Of a DNA stretch of 51,206 nucleotides, positions 23,560 to 37,224 are shown piece after piece; positions within the stretch are counted from its first letter, which is position 1, and every line of letters begins with the position of its first letter. The notes beneath the pieces are model-generated. The model did not search any database. It was not told the DNA's origin and saw only the letters and a list, made by a program, of their open reading frames with translations. This DNA is from Octopus bimaculoides (Eukaryota). The DNA lies in the NCBI RefSeq assembly GCF_001194135.2, contig NC_068991.1:44913869-44965074 (forward strand), in the 5' to 3' direction. The translations under genes and the position numbers were made by a program.

Positions 23560-23760
23560 GGTTGTATGGCTTTAGTAGGTTTAAATCTTGCTATATATTT
23601 AGCAATTTGGGCATGGTAGAAGAAGTAGGTTTATAAGCGTGTCTCTTGATAATGCCATGGCACAGGCTAATATTTAAGGAAGTGTTTATCCAAAGCTTGG
23701 AAAACTTTACGAGTCACATTTGAAGCAACATTTAGATTGAAACTGGGTTTGAACCACATA
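23560..23760 (-). mobile_element. Possible Penelope GIY-YIG C-terminal remnant
   Basis: The minus frame GIIKRHAYKPTSS...NLL loosely matches W.IIK.A.PY.P.S...NLLN. Confidence 0.3.
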
Positions 23761-23880
23761 ATACTTGAATATATGTGAATTCGTATGTCTTGGTGTGTAT
23801 CTGTTTAATATGTATATTTGTATATAGTTATATATGTGTATATACATACATACATACATACATACACACACACACATACA

Positions 23881-23925
<45 letters not shown>

Positions 23926-24107
23926 NNNNNNNNNNATATATATATATATATATATATATATACGTTGTTTGTAGATATACACGGTTTTAGTTTCTAACAT
24001 TCTTTTTCTCATCTCTCCTCACCGCCTCTATTTTAATCTCTCTTTCTCTCTTTCTCTCTCTCCCTCTCATGTGTGTGTATGAGTCTGTTAATGTCTCTGC
24101 GTGTGTA

Positions 24108-24138
<31 letters not shown>

Positions 24139-25140
24139 CTGCGCACGTGCGTGCGCGTATTTGTATTCTTATATGTATGCTTATACGCTTCCGTAGATGT
24201 ACTTCTACGAATTTGTGTGTATGTTTTGTTTTACCCTAGTTCATTGTATTAAAAAATATATTTGAGCTGTGGAATGTGTGAGTAATAATTCTTGAAGGTC
24301 CAGTTGCTTTCTATGAGGTTTCGTGACCTTATAAACACTATATTGAAGTTTATTGTTGAAACTATTTCTTGGTTTTATTCGATTTGCTTGTTCGTTTATG
24401 ACTTATGTCGGTTCTGTAAATCTCCAGGTATTTCAGTCACGTCCATTTGTATAATTACTGTGGCTAAAAATTTATTTATATTAATTGCTTTCATTTTTCA
24501 TATACTTGGTTTTTACGCTATATATTTTTTACTTTACTTTAGTTATTTTTCTCATTTCTTCGTATTTTTGTTCATTCAAAAGATAAGCAGATCCTTAAAT
24601 TCTATTTAACACTTTAACTTATTTGATATGAAGCAACATATCTTTATTTTTATTAACCAAATCAATCTAATTTTGTCCAGTTTCGGCCTTCCGTGCGTTG
24701 TATATATAACGAGGAAATTTTGTGTGAATATTTAGAGTTGAATTGTTGGTGTAACCATGATGTTCTGGTAATTGGATGAGCTAACTTTCTTTATCTGCAT
24801 TAATACAGTTATACTGAATCATACCGAGCATACATATAAATGCAATTATGTAGCATAGTTTAATCCAAACTGAAATTTATACTATATGCAGAATGCTGTG
24901 AAACACCACATTACTATGTAAGTCATGAGGTTAAATGAATATATATTCACCTCTCATGTCTCCTAACTTTTAGGTTCTTTGTACTCCCCATGAAATAAAT
25001 TCACCAATCGGATCTTCTTGATTTTCAGTTACAAGGACACTCGAATACACTCCTTTGTAATGGTTACTATGTGGATTGTTAGGGGAACTCTTTGCGATAG
25101 CTAAACGTTTCTTGTAATCCATATCTCACACTCTCATATA

Positions 25141-26036
25141 CAGGGAGCGGTGAATAAATTGTCGTCTAAAATGAAAATAACACTGGTATCTCATTTTAAC
25201 AGAAATATTAACCAAAATTACATCAAAATATCTTGAAATACTAAAGAGTAAATTTATTCAATAAAATCGCCATTGACTTCGATCACGGCCTTAAGACGAC
25301 TTCGGAATCTCCTACAGCTCTTGTGGACGGTTGTCTTGTTTAAGTTGGTGAATGCGCCAAAATCCTTGCCTTGCCTTGGCGTTACAAGGAGTTTTGGTGG
25401 TCTCTTGCTCAACTGCGCCCCACACATAATATTCAAGGGGATTGTGGTCTGGGGAGTTAGGTGGCCAGATGTTAGGGCTCATGCGTTCACCTGCTTGTGT
25501 AGCATAGTGTACAGTCCTGTTTCCAGACATAGGGTTTTCCAGCAGCCAGGGCAACACGGATGTAGGCTTCCGTGTTGAGTCTGAGGCCGCGTTGGAAGAT
25601 GAAGGGAGGCATTACGTCGCCATCATTAGTGATCACTCCAAACACTATGATGTTGATTGGATGTTTGATTTCTATCACACTCAGTACATGTTTTGGGGAC
25701 ACGGCAAGCCAACGGTTGTTCTGTGTGTTCACCATCTGTCCCTGGCAGAAATTTTTCTCGTCTAAGAAAAACCAAAGCATGTTCGGTTGGAGGGGATGCT
25801 TGAGTTTGTCCAAAAGCTTCGTAGCGTGGTCTTACCTCTTGACCTTGATGGCTTGGGATAAAAATTGTCCTTGTCTCATCTTGTATGAGGAATACCGAAT
25901 GTTTTCATGCCCTACCTGCCTGATAAAAAACTCAGACACTCCCACGTCCCTGGCGATGGACCTGATTGACTTGGAGGGATAATTGTCAATCACGGCCTGA
26001 ATCTCACCAACAAATTCAGGAGTTTTTTTCTTATCA
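25141..26036 (-). mobile_element. maT/DD37D (Bmmar1-like) transposon, degenerate; 5' part lost in N-gap
   Basis: TA|CAGGGAGCGGTGAATAAATTGTCGTCTAA terminus. Motifs WFFLDEKNF, VFGVITNDG, YVWKQD, WPPNSPDHNPLEYYVWG and CRRFRSRLKAVIEVNGDFIE. Confidence 0.9.
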
Positions 26037-26314
26037 NNNNNNNNNNNNNNNNNNNNNNNNNNNNNNNNNNNNNNNNNNNNNNNNNNNNNNNNNNNNNNNN
26101 NNNNNNNNNNNNNNNNNNNNNNNNNNNNNNNNNNNNNNNNNNNNNNNNNNNNNNNNNNNNNNNNNNNNNNNNNNNNNNNNNNNNNNNNNNNNNNNNNNNN
26201 NNNNNNNNNNNNNNNNNNNNNNNNNNNNNNNNNNNNNNNNNNNNNNNNNNNNNNNNNNNNNNNNNNNNNNNNNNNNNNNNNNNNNNNNNNNNNNNNNNNN
26301 NNNNNNNNNNNNNN

Positions 26315-26373
<59 letters not shown>

Positions 26374-26589
26374 GTATATGTGCGTATCTGTGTGTGTGTA
26401 AAATATTTAGTGAACAAAACTATGTATGAAAACACTGAATGTTTACTGCATTTGGGAGGAAAATAGAGGTTGTGACGCTAATGCCTTTCCAGTGAACAAT
26501 CATCTATTTACAATTTTGCTTACATACTCAATCGCAGACAATATTATATTACCTGCGTTAAGAGTTTCATGCACTTACACATCCATGCA

Positions 26590-26764
<175 letters not shown>

Positions 26765-27479
26765 AGCATTGAATACTTTTAACATCCATGTACGTGAAAG
26801 GATCTGAATTTCCTATTTAAAAACAATTCATTGCATTTTAGCTTACCAATGGTCTATGCAAATGTAAGAATGTCAAACAATCTCATACAACATTTTCCTT
26901 ATAAATGTTTGCCTTCATGCCTAAGTAACCAATCAATATTCATTTATTTCATGCAAATACACCCCATTGCTTGGCGTTTTAGCAATGAAAGCTATAATTA
27001 ATAGAGAATTAGCGATATTGACCTAATGAGAGGATAACATGAGCTTAGTTTGTATAAGCATATTCAAGGCTTTAGTTATATTTTTGTATACTTACAATAT
27101 AAATTTACTGTAGAGCAATCATTTCGGGAGTATACTCTCAAGTATTTTTCGGAAAGTCACAAGACTAATGATACAGATTCCAGTTTTGGGTTCTGTTTAA
27201 CATCTAGACAAGTTAAGATAACAGAATATACTTACATGAAGCCCCATAGTGCAACTGGTGTTGGTACACTTTTCCACTTCTTTCAAAGCTCCTTTGATGT
27301 TATATGTCCCAGTGAAATGCTTTGACTACACAATGGCGTCAACGTTTATATTCTTTCTGTGCCGAGAGATTACAAGTTCTTATTATGTGCACTACGGGCT
27401 CATCTTTCTCCTTAAACACTGCACTTTGCAATTTCTACAGTTCTGTTTACAAACTCATTCGCCTTAATGACATTCGTTT

Positions 27480-28085
27480 GTAGTGACTGGCTTTGCGTAG
27501 TCACGTTGGGTCGTCCGTTTCATTCTCGGGTTCTCCATTCTTCAACCATAACTATAATTCGCCGGCAGCCATATCATGCGTTTGTCTGAGATACTGACCA
27601 TGTAACTTTCCCACCCAGATGTTTATTTTTCGCACTTGTTTCTTTCTTTTCTTGAATTTATTTGCGGTATCAATAGCTACTTTCTCCTCCGGTAGCTGAA
27701 ATATTTTTTTTTGTGCTATCCCTCACACTATTTTATATGAAGTTCTGCCATCTCCACGCAGTGATCTATCGATATCAATCTTCCGCCTCCCTTCTGTGGT
27801 ATGTATAACCTATCAACACAGTCTCTAAGGTATAATGACCTATAAATGGTAATTGCCATTCTGGTTTTACGTTCTATGTTTCTTAGTTCTCCCCCAATCC
27901 AGTTCCAGAAAAATCATTACAGATAATACCCACGTGATTACTGCAGAGATGCTTTCCCTTCTGTTCAGTTTTGAGCTTAGTACCTCTTTTGCTCTCCTGG
28001 AACATTCTTTTCTCCTCTTTCTAATTTTCTGAAAGAGAATTATGTCTCCCATCTGAACACCAAGGTACTTTGTTAACATCATTCA
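27480..28085 (-). mobile_element. R4/Dong-clade non-LTR retrotransposon fragment
   Basis: KYLGVQMGD...KECSRRAKEVLSSKLN..SISAVITW and WVGKLHGQYLRQT...WLKNG match the R4-clade region following the RT core. Confidence 0.8.
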
Positions 28086-28104
28086 TTGCTTAGATTAATG
28101 TCTC

Positions 28105-28225
28105 GTCATCATCATCATCATCATCATCATAACCACCACCACCACCACCTTCTTCTTCTTCTTCTTCTTCTTCTTCTTCTTCTTCTTCTTCTTCTTCTTC
28201 TTCTTCTTCTTCTTCTTCTTCTTCA
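28105..28225. repeat. Compound (CAT)n(CAC)n(CTT)n microsatellite
   Basis: Directly visible. Confidence 0.95.
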
Positions 28226-29499
28226 TTTGCTTCTAACTTGTTTAGACATGCCTAAAATATTCTCCAAAATTTCTCAATGTTTTCTTAAGTTTAATTGAAG
28301 GAATTAATTTCGACCAAAGTCACATGACATACAACAATAAAACTAGTTACACAATATTTGGGGAGGGGAAGTACAAGGGCCTCCATCAAGGTTTTCGATG
28401 TCAACGTCGACATCTGTGTCGTACTCTCCTTCTTTACGTATTGTACCACAAAAATGACACAATATAGAAAAGTGGTTAATGGTTCCGTACCTTTCGGTGA
28501 TTTATGGTCCGGTGAGATTATCAATAATATACAAGTCAACACAATCCCTCAAGACCACAAAACAAACCCAGAATTTTGCCCTGCGGAGAGTGTTGAGCAG
28601 AGAAATTAAAAATTTACCATCAAAAGTAAAATGCGCTGCTGCTGCACATCTGATAATAAACCATCCCGCTTCACAGCAGTACCGCCCATCCATTTAAGAC
28701 GAGGTTCAAACAACAGGCAAAGGTGATTGGCTGACTGTGAAAACGAAATAAGATTCCTCCAAAACAAAACAAAGCAAAAAACGACAGGAAAGAACAAAAA
28801 TAGGCAATATATATGTGTGAAGAAAGTTCTAAACACCATGAAGAGAAAATGCCCTCTGACGAGAAATCCGTCTTTGAAAGAGAGTCTATTTCTTGTGAAA
28901 GAAAATTCCTATCCAGCAAGAAGTCCATCTGCGAATAGGATACAATCTCTTGCGAGAAGGAGCTCATCTTCACCTGAAATGAAATGAAATTCGCAGCTCT
29001 ACGCAAGACCAACAAACGACTTAGACAAGTTGCTTATGACATGTAGTAGCTCTATACAAGGTACTAGTTCATAAGACATAACAATGACAGGCTATTAAAA
29101 ATTTGCTCCGAATGTAAGATGTAAGTCTATTAATAAAGTACTCTAATTATATTTACTTAACACTACAAGTTAAGTAACTGTAATGCGTGGGATTTTATTT
29201 ATCAACTCTGACAAAAGAGCTTCTCAAGGAAGCTTCATATTCTCCAGCGTTAAGCAGTTGGAGATGTTGAGTAAAGAGAATGTGTATAATTGGGGAGAAT
29301 GTTGATCAACGCACGTGAACTTAAATTTTACATATCGTGTTTTCTTTATTGTATGTTTTATTATACAATTTTAATTCATATGATTTACCATAAGTCCAGG
29401 GGCTTCCGAAGAGTGAGCGACTATAGTCAATATTTTGTACGGCACGTCTTTCTGCAGCTCATCTGTTTTAAAGTGGTACCGTAAGAGTGTTTCACTGGA

Positions 29500-29600
29500 T
29501 GATTTGCGGCATGTTATTCCCCTCATTACGTTCTGAGATTAAACCCCGCCGAGATTAGCTTTGCCTTTAACTTTCCTGGGTCGATAAAATAAAGTATATT
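29500..29600 (+). mobile_element. SINE family B, degenerate fragment
   Basis: TTACGTTCTGAG...CCGCCGAG...CTTTGCCTTT...GGGTCGATAAAATAA. Confidence 0.65.
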
Positions 29601-30182
29601 CTTCACTAAAATATAAAGTGCGACTATTCCTTCTACCAAATATCTGGCCTGTATCAGTTATTATGATTATAAAAATACAATTCTGTTTTAGTGGTATTAG
29701 TCTTTGTAGTAGTAGTAGTAGCAGCAGCAGCATTAGCATTTGTAGTGACAGAAGTAGTAGCAGCACCAACTGTAGAGACAGGAAGCAACAAAATCGATTG
29801 AAAAAAGTTGAAGGAAAACAGCTCAAGTACAAGTTCTGAAAAATAAGAAAAAGTAAAATGAGAAAAAAAAAACATGCAAAAAGAAGACAGAAAAAAACCC
29901 ACTGTATATTCTTTACCAAAATATTAAGCGCTAACAAGATAAAGTACACAACGTGTATACTGGAATATTTATAGCGAAAACCACTTCAGATGAGACGTGT
30001 AATATGGAGAGGATAAATTTGGTATTTTCTTAAATCTTCGGATATTATATAAACTGATAAGTACTAGTAACTTTGAAATAATACCAAGCAAACTTTTGTT
30101 CTGTCATTGCACTCTTTCTTGTTATCTCATTTTGTCTGTTTTTACAATTTCAAATAGGCTATTTATTTTCATATACATATAC

Positions 30183-30216
<34 letters not shown>

Positions 30217-31928
30217 NNNNNNNNNNNNNNNNNNNNNNNNNNNNNNNNNNNNNNNNNNNNNNNNNNNNNNNNNNNNNNNNNNNNNNNNNNNNNNNNNNNN
30301 NNNNNNNNNNNNNNNNNNNNNNNNNNNNNNNNNNNNNNNNNNNNNNNNNNNNNNNNNNNNNNNNNNNNNNNNNNNNNNNNNNNNNNNNNNNNNNNNNNNN
30401 NNNNNNNNNNNNNNNNNNNNNNNNNNNNNNNNNNNNNNNNNNNNNNNNNNNNNNNNNNNNNNNNNNNNNNNNNNNNNNNNNNNNNNNNNNNNNNNNNNNN
30501 NNNNNNNNNNNNNNNNNNNNNNNNNNNNNNNNNNNNNNNNNNNNNNNNNNNNNNNNNNNNNNNNNNNNNNNNNNNNNNNNNNNNNNNNNNNNNNNNNNNN
30601 NNNNNNNNNNNNNNNNNNNNNNNNNNNNNNNNNNNNNNNNNNNNNNNNNNNNNNNNNNNNNNNNNNNNNNNNNNNNNNNNNNNNNNNNNNNNNNNNNNNN
30701 NNNNNNNNNNNNNNNNNNNNNNNNNNNNNNNNNNNNNNNNNNNNNNNNNNNNNNNNNNNNNNNNNNNNNNNNNNNNNNNNNNNNNNNNNNNNNNNNNNNN
30801 NNNNNNNNNNNNNNNNNNNNNNNNNNNNNNNNNNNNNNNNNNNNNNNNNNNNNNNNNNNNNNNNNNNNNNNNNNNNNNNNNNNNNNNNNNNNNNNNNNNN
30901 NNNNNNNNNNNNNNNNNNNNNNNNNNNNNTATATATATATATATATATTATTCATGTAAAGTACTGTACATTTAATACACATTAGAGATGCCCATAAAGG
31001 GCATCTAACCCGCTAGAAAGAGCAGCCAAGGCTCTGCACCACCAAAAATGGATAATTTCGAAAAGGAATGAAAAATAAAAATATTTACCATCTATATTTC
31101 AAACCGGGTTTCAAGTTATTTCAGCAAAATAAACTATTTATTCTGCCAGGTCAACTATCATCAGCGATATAGCCTAGAGCGACCATATATGCATGAGGCA
31201 CTCTATCTGACTTGTGCATATATGTTTAATTTTTCAAAATTACCGCGCATGTGCGGAATACCTAATCAGCAGCAAATACAAAAAGAAAAAAAAATGCCGA
31301 TTTTTCAGAAATTAGCCAAAAACATTTTATAATTAATAAGTTTAAGGGTAGCAAAAAATTAAGAAATTTAATTACTACCAGTGGTGTAGCGAGAAGAAAA
31401 TTGAAATAGAGAGTGAGAGACTTTGCAAATGAATACGGAATACTCCACAGTGATTGCAACGACTATTTAAATTTGTGAAAAATTGGAGTTCAAAAATTCA
31501 ATAAACTTCAGAAATCGAAACTATAGGAAATTTCTTGGAACATGAATTCATAAAACAATTTCCAGACGATCAGGCCTTAATAATTCCTTTCCTTTAGTAA
31601 CTGTTATATACCTAATTAATAAACAGCTTTCCCCATTGTAATATAGATGTATACACACACACGCACACACACGCGTACACACACACAAACACACACACAA
31701 TCACACATACGCATACATACATACATATATGTGTACATACATACTTGCATACATACATATATCTCCACGAACTCAGGATTTGGTATTGTAAATCCAGGTA
31801 TTATTGTTTTGAGCTCTGTTAATGTAAGGTTAGGGGAGAGAGAAGAACGAGATGGAAGCAGTGAGTGCACACATGCAAGTATGAGTGTGTGTGTGTATGT
31901 ATATGTGTGTGTGAAAGAGAGAGAGAGT

Positions 31929-31980
<52 letters not shown>

Positions 31981-32804
31981 AAGAGAGAGAGAAACAAGAA
32001 ATGCATTGACAAGTTTATAGTTTCCCTATAGATCCATTTCATATTACCATACAATCATAATCTCCATCCTTCTTTTGTCCTTCCTTTCCCACGCTTCCAA
32101 AACCAGCGACATCTTCTGCTACAGCTTATACGAGTATCAGAAATAACGGTAAATCTGCAGCTTTACAACTACCGCAGACACCACCATCACCACCCAGCCT
32201 TTCTCTCTCAATCTCTTTCACCACAACATTTCATCACAAGCTTCTCATCTGATTTAATTCAATGCCACATCGGATCAGTTTAACGGTTCTTTCTTTCATT
32301 TCGCCATTGAATTGACCAATGTAAGAAACAGCGACAGCTTGCCTTAATGCCGGCTACCATTTTGTGACAAATAAACGCATATAAAGAAATGATAAAATAA
32401 ACGCACACATGTGCATACACCCCCCCCACACACACACACAGAATACATACATACATGTATACATAAGACATATAAACATACATGCATACATACAAACATA
32501 TATACATACACACAAAGATACATACATACATACACGCCCGCACATATACGTGTCTGTCTGTAAATGTGTGTGTGTATGTGTGTGTGTGAATGCTTAGTCA
32601 TTCATACTGATTTCCCATCTTATGTCAATCTGTTACTTATTTCATCGTTATCTATTTTTCGAACCACTCTATTGCAATTCTTAAAAGAACACAGTATTAA
32701 CAACAACACTAGCTTTTACGTCGGTGCAGATTTAAACGGATGCACACACCCACACACACACACACACATAGTCGCACGCACACACACACACACACACTCG
32801 CACG

Positions 32805-32844
<40 letters not shown>

Positions 32845-33378
32845 CATTTATTTTTGATACTACAGGCTCCTCATAGGAGGTGAGATTCATGTCATTTATT
32901 TTCCACTTGAACATTTGTAAGACAACACTTGCGGGAAATATATGAGGAGGGAGGAAGGGAATTGAAGGGACCATATTATAAAAAGGATGAGCTAGTTTTA
33001 GTGATTAGTGTTGAGGCTTGAGAGGTCGCAAACAGAAGATTGATCAAAGGAGTTGAATGGGAAGAAGAGACGAGTGGGAGTTGCATGTTTCAAGGAGCAG
33101 ACACTGTTACAACATCGGTAGCAAATGCAGCAAAACAAGACAGTACGCTTGTGAGCCAGAAACTAAGGCGTGTTTGTGAGTGAACTTTTGCGATTCATGC
33201 TGTCTAGACTATCTATCTAGGATGTCTGTCTAGGATGTCCTGCAATAGCAGTAGCAGTAGTGGTGATCCAGGTTTGAGAGCCATACTCAATTATAGGCTA
33301 CACATGTATTTTGTAGAGCCTCAATAACACTTAGGAGCTGACGTACCTTCTGACCTTGAAGAGAAAGTCCAGTAGTTG

Positions 33379-33419
<41 letters not shown>

Positions 33420-33473
33420 TATTTGTCTATCTATCTATCCACCTGTCTTTTTGTCTGCATGCCTGTCTTTCTT

Positions 33474-33530
<57 letters not shown>

Positions 33531-34878
33531 AAACAAAAGAGAATGGATGGAGCGATACCTTTTAGTGCATAATACTGAAATCACTTCATCACCTCTTTAC
33601 CAGAACACGATTGTCGAAATATTTCATTGACATTTTATTATGTACTCTACAGATCTTCACGGATCTCCAGACGTATATTCAGATCAGTTTTTGTTGTAAA
33701 AATTGTCTGATAGCTGATACCCGTTGACGGGCTTGCTCAAGCAAATTACAAAGGTTAATAGTTAGAGTGAATTTATATATATATATATGTATACATACAT
33801 ACATGGATAGTGGTCTAGCATGGTCACAGCCTTAGGGCTGTAATGTGAAATAGAATAAAAGAATACATAATACTATACATGTATACTTGTACGTGTATAC
33901 ACGTGGTAAGTGAGAGGGGATCAGATAACCTAGGTGTAGAATTATTAGTTTCAAACAAACAGAAGGCCTGAAAGGTTACCTCCTGTCGCAGAGTATAGAT
34001 AACAAGTGAAGAATGGAGTTGCTGGTATCACATTTTTACCATGGTTTACTATCGTTTCAATAACGTTAGGGGTGACAAGTCAAATAACATGCATGAAAGC
34101 ATGAATGTTTCCCTTCACACTCACTCCACCCCACACATTCACTGTCTTTATCAATACTCAGCTCTTGATAGCTGAATCCTTCCATGTAACCTGACCCTAG
34201 AATAATTTTGCCAAAAGTAGCTAACTTTATGACATCTATCAGCGTTTAGCACACAAATGTCTAGACACTTGAGCTGATTAGTGAATGGATCGTGTAAAAT
34301 TATATTATCAGGAAATACGATTTATCCTTCTATTCATCTGTCTCGCGTAGGAACATCTGGCATTAGCTCCTTCTTCTGGAATCTAATAACAACCTCCCAC
34401 GAGTTAACTGTGATTTAAAAAAAAATATAACTGAAATAATCTAATTCGTAACTATTCCATTTATTCGTCCGGTCACGACTAAATGCTGGTGGTCGGATCA
34501 TCATGTAATACAGATTATACAATCGTACAACCGAGGGCAATATTGTTCTCACTTCTGGAAGAGAGAGCGAAAACCAGTACAATTTCATAGATCTTTTAAC
34601 TCACCGTGACAAGTTATAATCTCTACCGTTACCGCCATCTCTACAACATCAAGTTCAACTGTCATCTGCGACAGATAAATGAAATTAACAATGTTTGGCA
34701 TTGTATTAAAAATTTTTCCATACTGTAATGTTAAATAACTATCATAAAATATGTATTTATATGTTTTATATAGTTATATGATGTTTGCAGTATTTTCTGA
34801 AATTATGTTAATGCTTATCATGTTCAGCGTATAATATATGAATTTCGAATATTGTATATGTATACACTTACATACACA

Positions 34879-35390
34879 CATTGCAACTGGTAATTGGGAG
34901 AGGGAGGCACAAGACCGTGATGGATGGAGGAAGATAGTGCATGATAGTTGTTCAAGATTTGAGAGAGAGAGAGTGAAGCATGAGAGAATTAGGAGGGGGC
35001 TTAGAAGCGGGGAACCTGTGGAAAGTGAGAGAGTGTTGCTTTTTATGTGTGTGGTTTGTGGGCAGAGGTGTTTGAGTCATGGATGCTGATGAGCCATCAA
35101 AATTCTCAGAAATCGACTCATGATAAAATTCATAACAGAACGTGTGTAAAATGTGGAAGGGTGTGTCTCTCAGTTGGAGGTCTAAAAAGACATGTTAAGA
35201 GAGTGCATATGGTGGCACCTGTTGCTCCTGCCAGCCAGCACAGTTGTCTAGTATGTAATAAAATGTGTAAAAGCTTGGCCGGGCTTAAAAGTCATATAAG
35301 GACATCACACGGCAACAATCATGAATCATTTCAGTAAGTCTTTTTGGCAATGGCTTTTCTGGTGTAACGAGGATGCAGCTGTGATATACA
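34879..35390 (+). mobile_element. RTE-clade LINE 3' end; ORF C-terminus with three C2H2-like zinc fingers
   Basis: NWEREAQDRDGWRKIVHDSCSRFERER is the typical RTE W...A.DR..WR..V motif. It is followed by CVVC..H, CVKC-x12-H-x4-H and CLVC-x12-H-x4-H. One frameshift near 35085; stop at 35335-35337. Confidence 0.85.
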
Positions 35391-35584
35391 TACATACACA
35401 GACACGCACACAAACCACATATGTGTCTGTATGTGCGTGTGATAGTGTACGTTTAAATCAGTCAAGGGTCATTTTTGTTTATCCTCACTTCCTCCTAAAG
35501 TCGACAGTCAATTACCATCGCTATATTGAGTTAATTCAAATTTATCTTTATTCTTACTACATAAAACTCTACCTATTCATAAAC

Positions 35585-35646
<62 letters not shown>

Positions 35647-36892
35647 NNNNNNNNNNCACACACACACACACACACACACACACTAGCGCACATATACAAA
35701 TAGAGAGAGCGGAAAAGAGAGAGAGAAAGACGGGTAGGGAGAGAAAGAGTAAGAGAAACAAGGAGGAAGCTTAATCGTAGTCGTCCGATCTGCTAGAAAT
35801 AGCTGTCAAACAAATCTTATTCAAATCTTATTCAACCTCCTTTAAAAGGAAGAACTTATTGGATAGTGTAGTTATTACAATTCACATAATTAAAAACGGC
35901 GGGTTGACAATTACTAAAATGCCTTTTGATCATTGATCTGGTCGCTCAAGGCTAAACACCACCACCACCAACAACAACAATTACAACAACCTTTAAACAA
36001 AAGGAAGCCAGTTAAAATGTCAAGTATTGATAGTTTCCGTATCAAAGCTTTTCTGCAGTTTACACTTGATGCTGATTTTTAGTTGCAATCAGTAATGAAT
36101 TAGTAGATCTATGTACCTATGATCAAAATATTTCCTACTGCGGCCAACACACTGTATCTAGCATTACATTGTGTCTAATATGACCATTCTTTTATATCAT
36201 GTGATTTCTGGGTAATTTGGTTGCTATTACTAGCAAGTTGAGTGACAATGTTGAGACTATTATGGCTCTTTCTGTTTACGGTTGAAACTGTTGACCTTCA
36301 AAGATGATGCATCTTTGGAACGACATGAATGTCATGATTTTCCTTCTTACCTCGCTATAATACAAGGAAGGAGTCATCGCGCCTACATAACATAATGTAA
36401 GATCTTTGCTTTTCCTGAAATGTGGACCAGCGATGCACCACTCAAAGAAACCTACAAGAATTTAAAATTCTTCACATGGTTTCGTGTTCGGTATGGAACT
36501 GACGAAAAGGGAGAAGTACACAATGCGTAGCTGCATACGATATAATATAGTTGCAGTAGTCATGGATACGGTTGCGAACATCGAATCAATATTTCCGTAG
36601 TAACGGAATAATTTTAGCGTCGGATGACTTAATTCCTCTACGAGCAGACATCAAAAGATACATTTATATGCGTGTCTACACACACACATACAGACACACA
36701 CAAACACACACACATGTATAATAATGCACACATATAAATGCTCATAAACAGATATGTACGCATACGCGTACACAAGGTACCGGGACTTTCTGTATACGTA
36801 TGTTTATAAGAATAGAAATAGAAATATACATATGTAAATGATTTCGAATTCGTCAATAAAATAATGTTTCTCTACTTTAATGCTAACGCAGG

Positions 36893-36965
<73 letters not shown>

Positions 36966-37071
36966 ACACACACGCACACGCGCGCGCACACACATGCATA
37001 TGTATGTGTATATGTATTTATATATTTTTGTACAGGTATGTAAATATGTAACTTATATATCTATGCACGTA

Positions 37072-37109
<38 letters not shown>

Positions 37110-37224
37110 CTCTCTGTATGTAAGTATGAATTTATGTATGTGTGAACACACATACACACACACACATACACACAAACACATACACACACAGAGACACACA
37201 CACACACATACACGTACACACATA

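Noticed and set aside
34879-35337. Host C2H2 zinc-finger gene
   Set aside because: The fingers are fused to an RTE ORF C-terminal motif, lack TGEKP linkers, and are 5'-truncated with a microsatellite tail. It is treated as LINE-derived instead.
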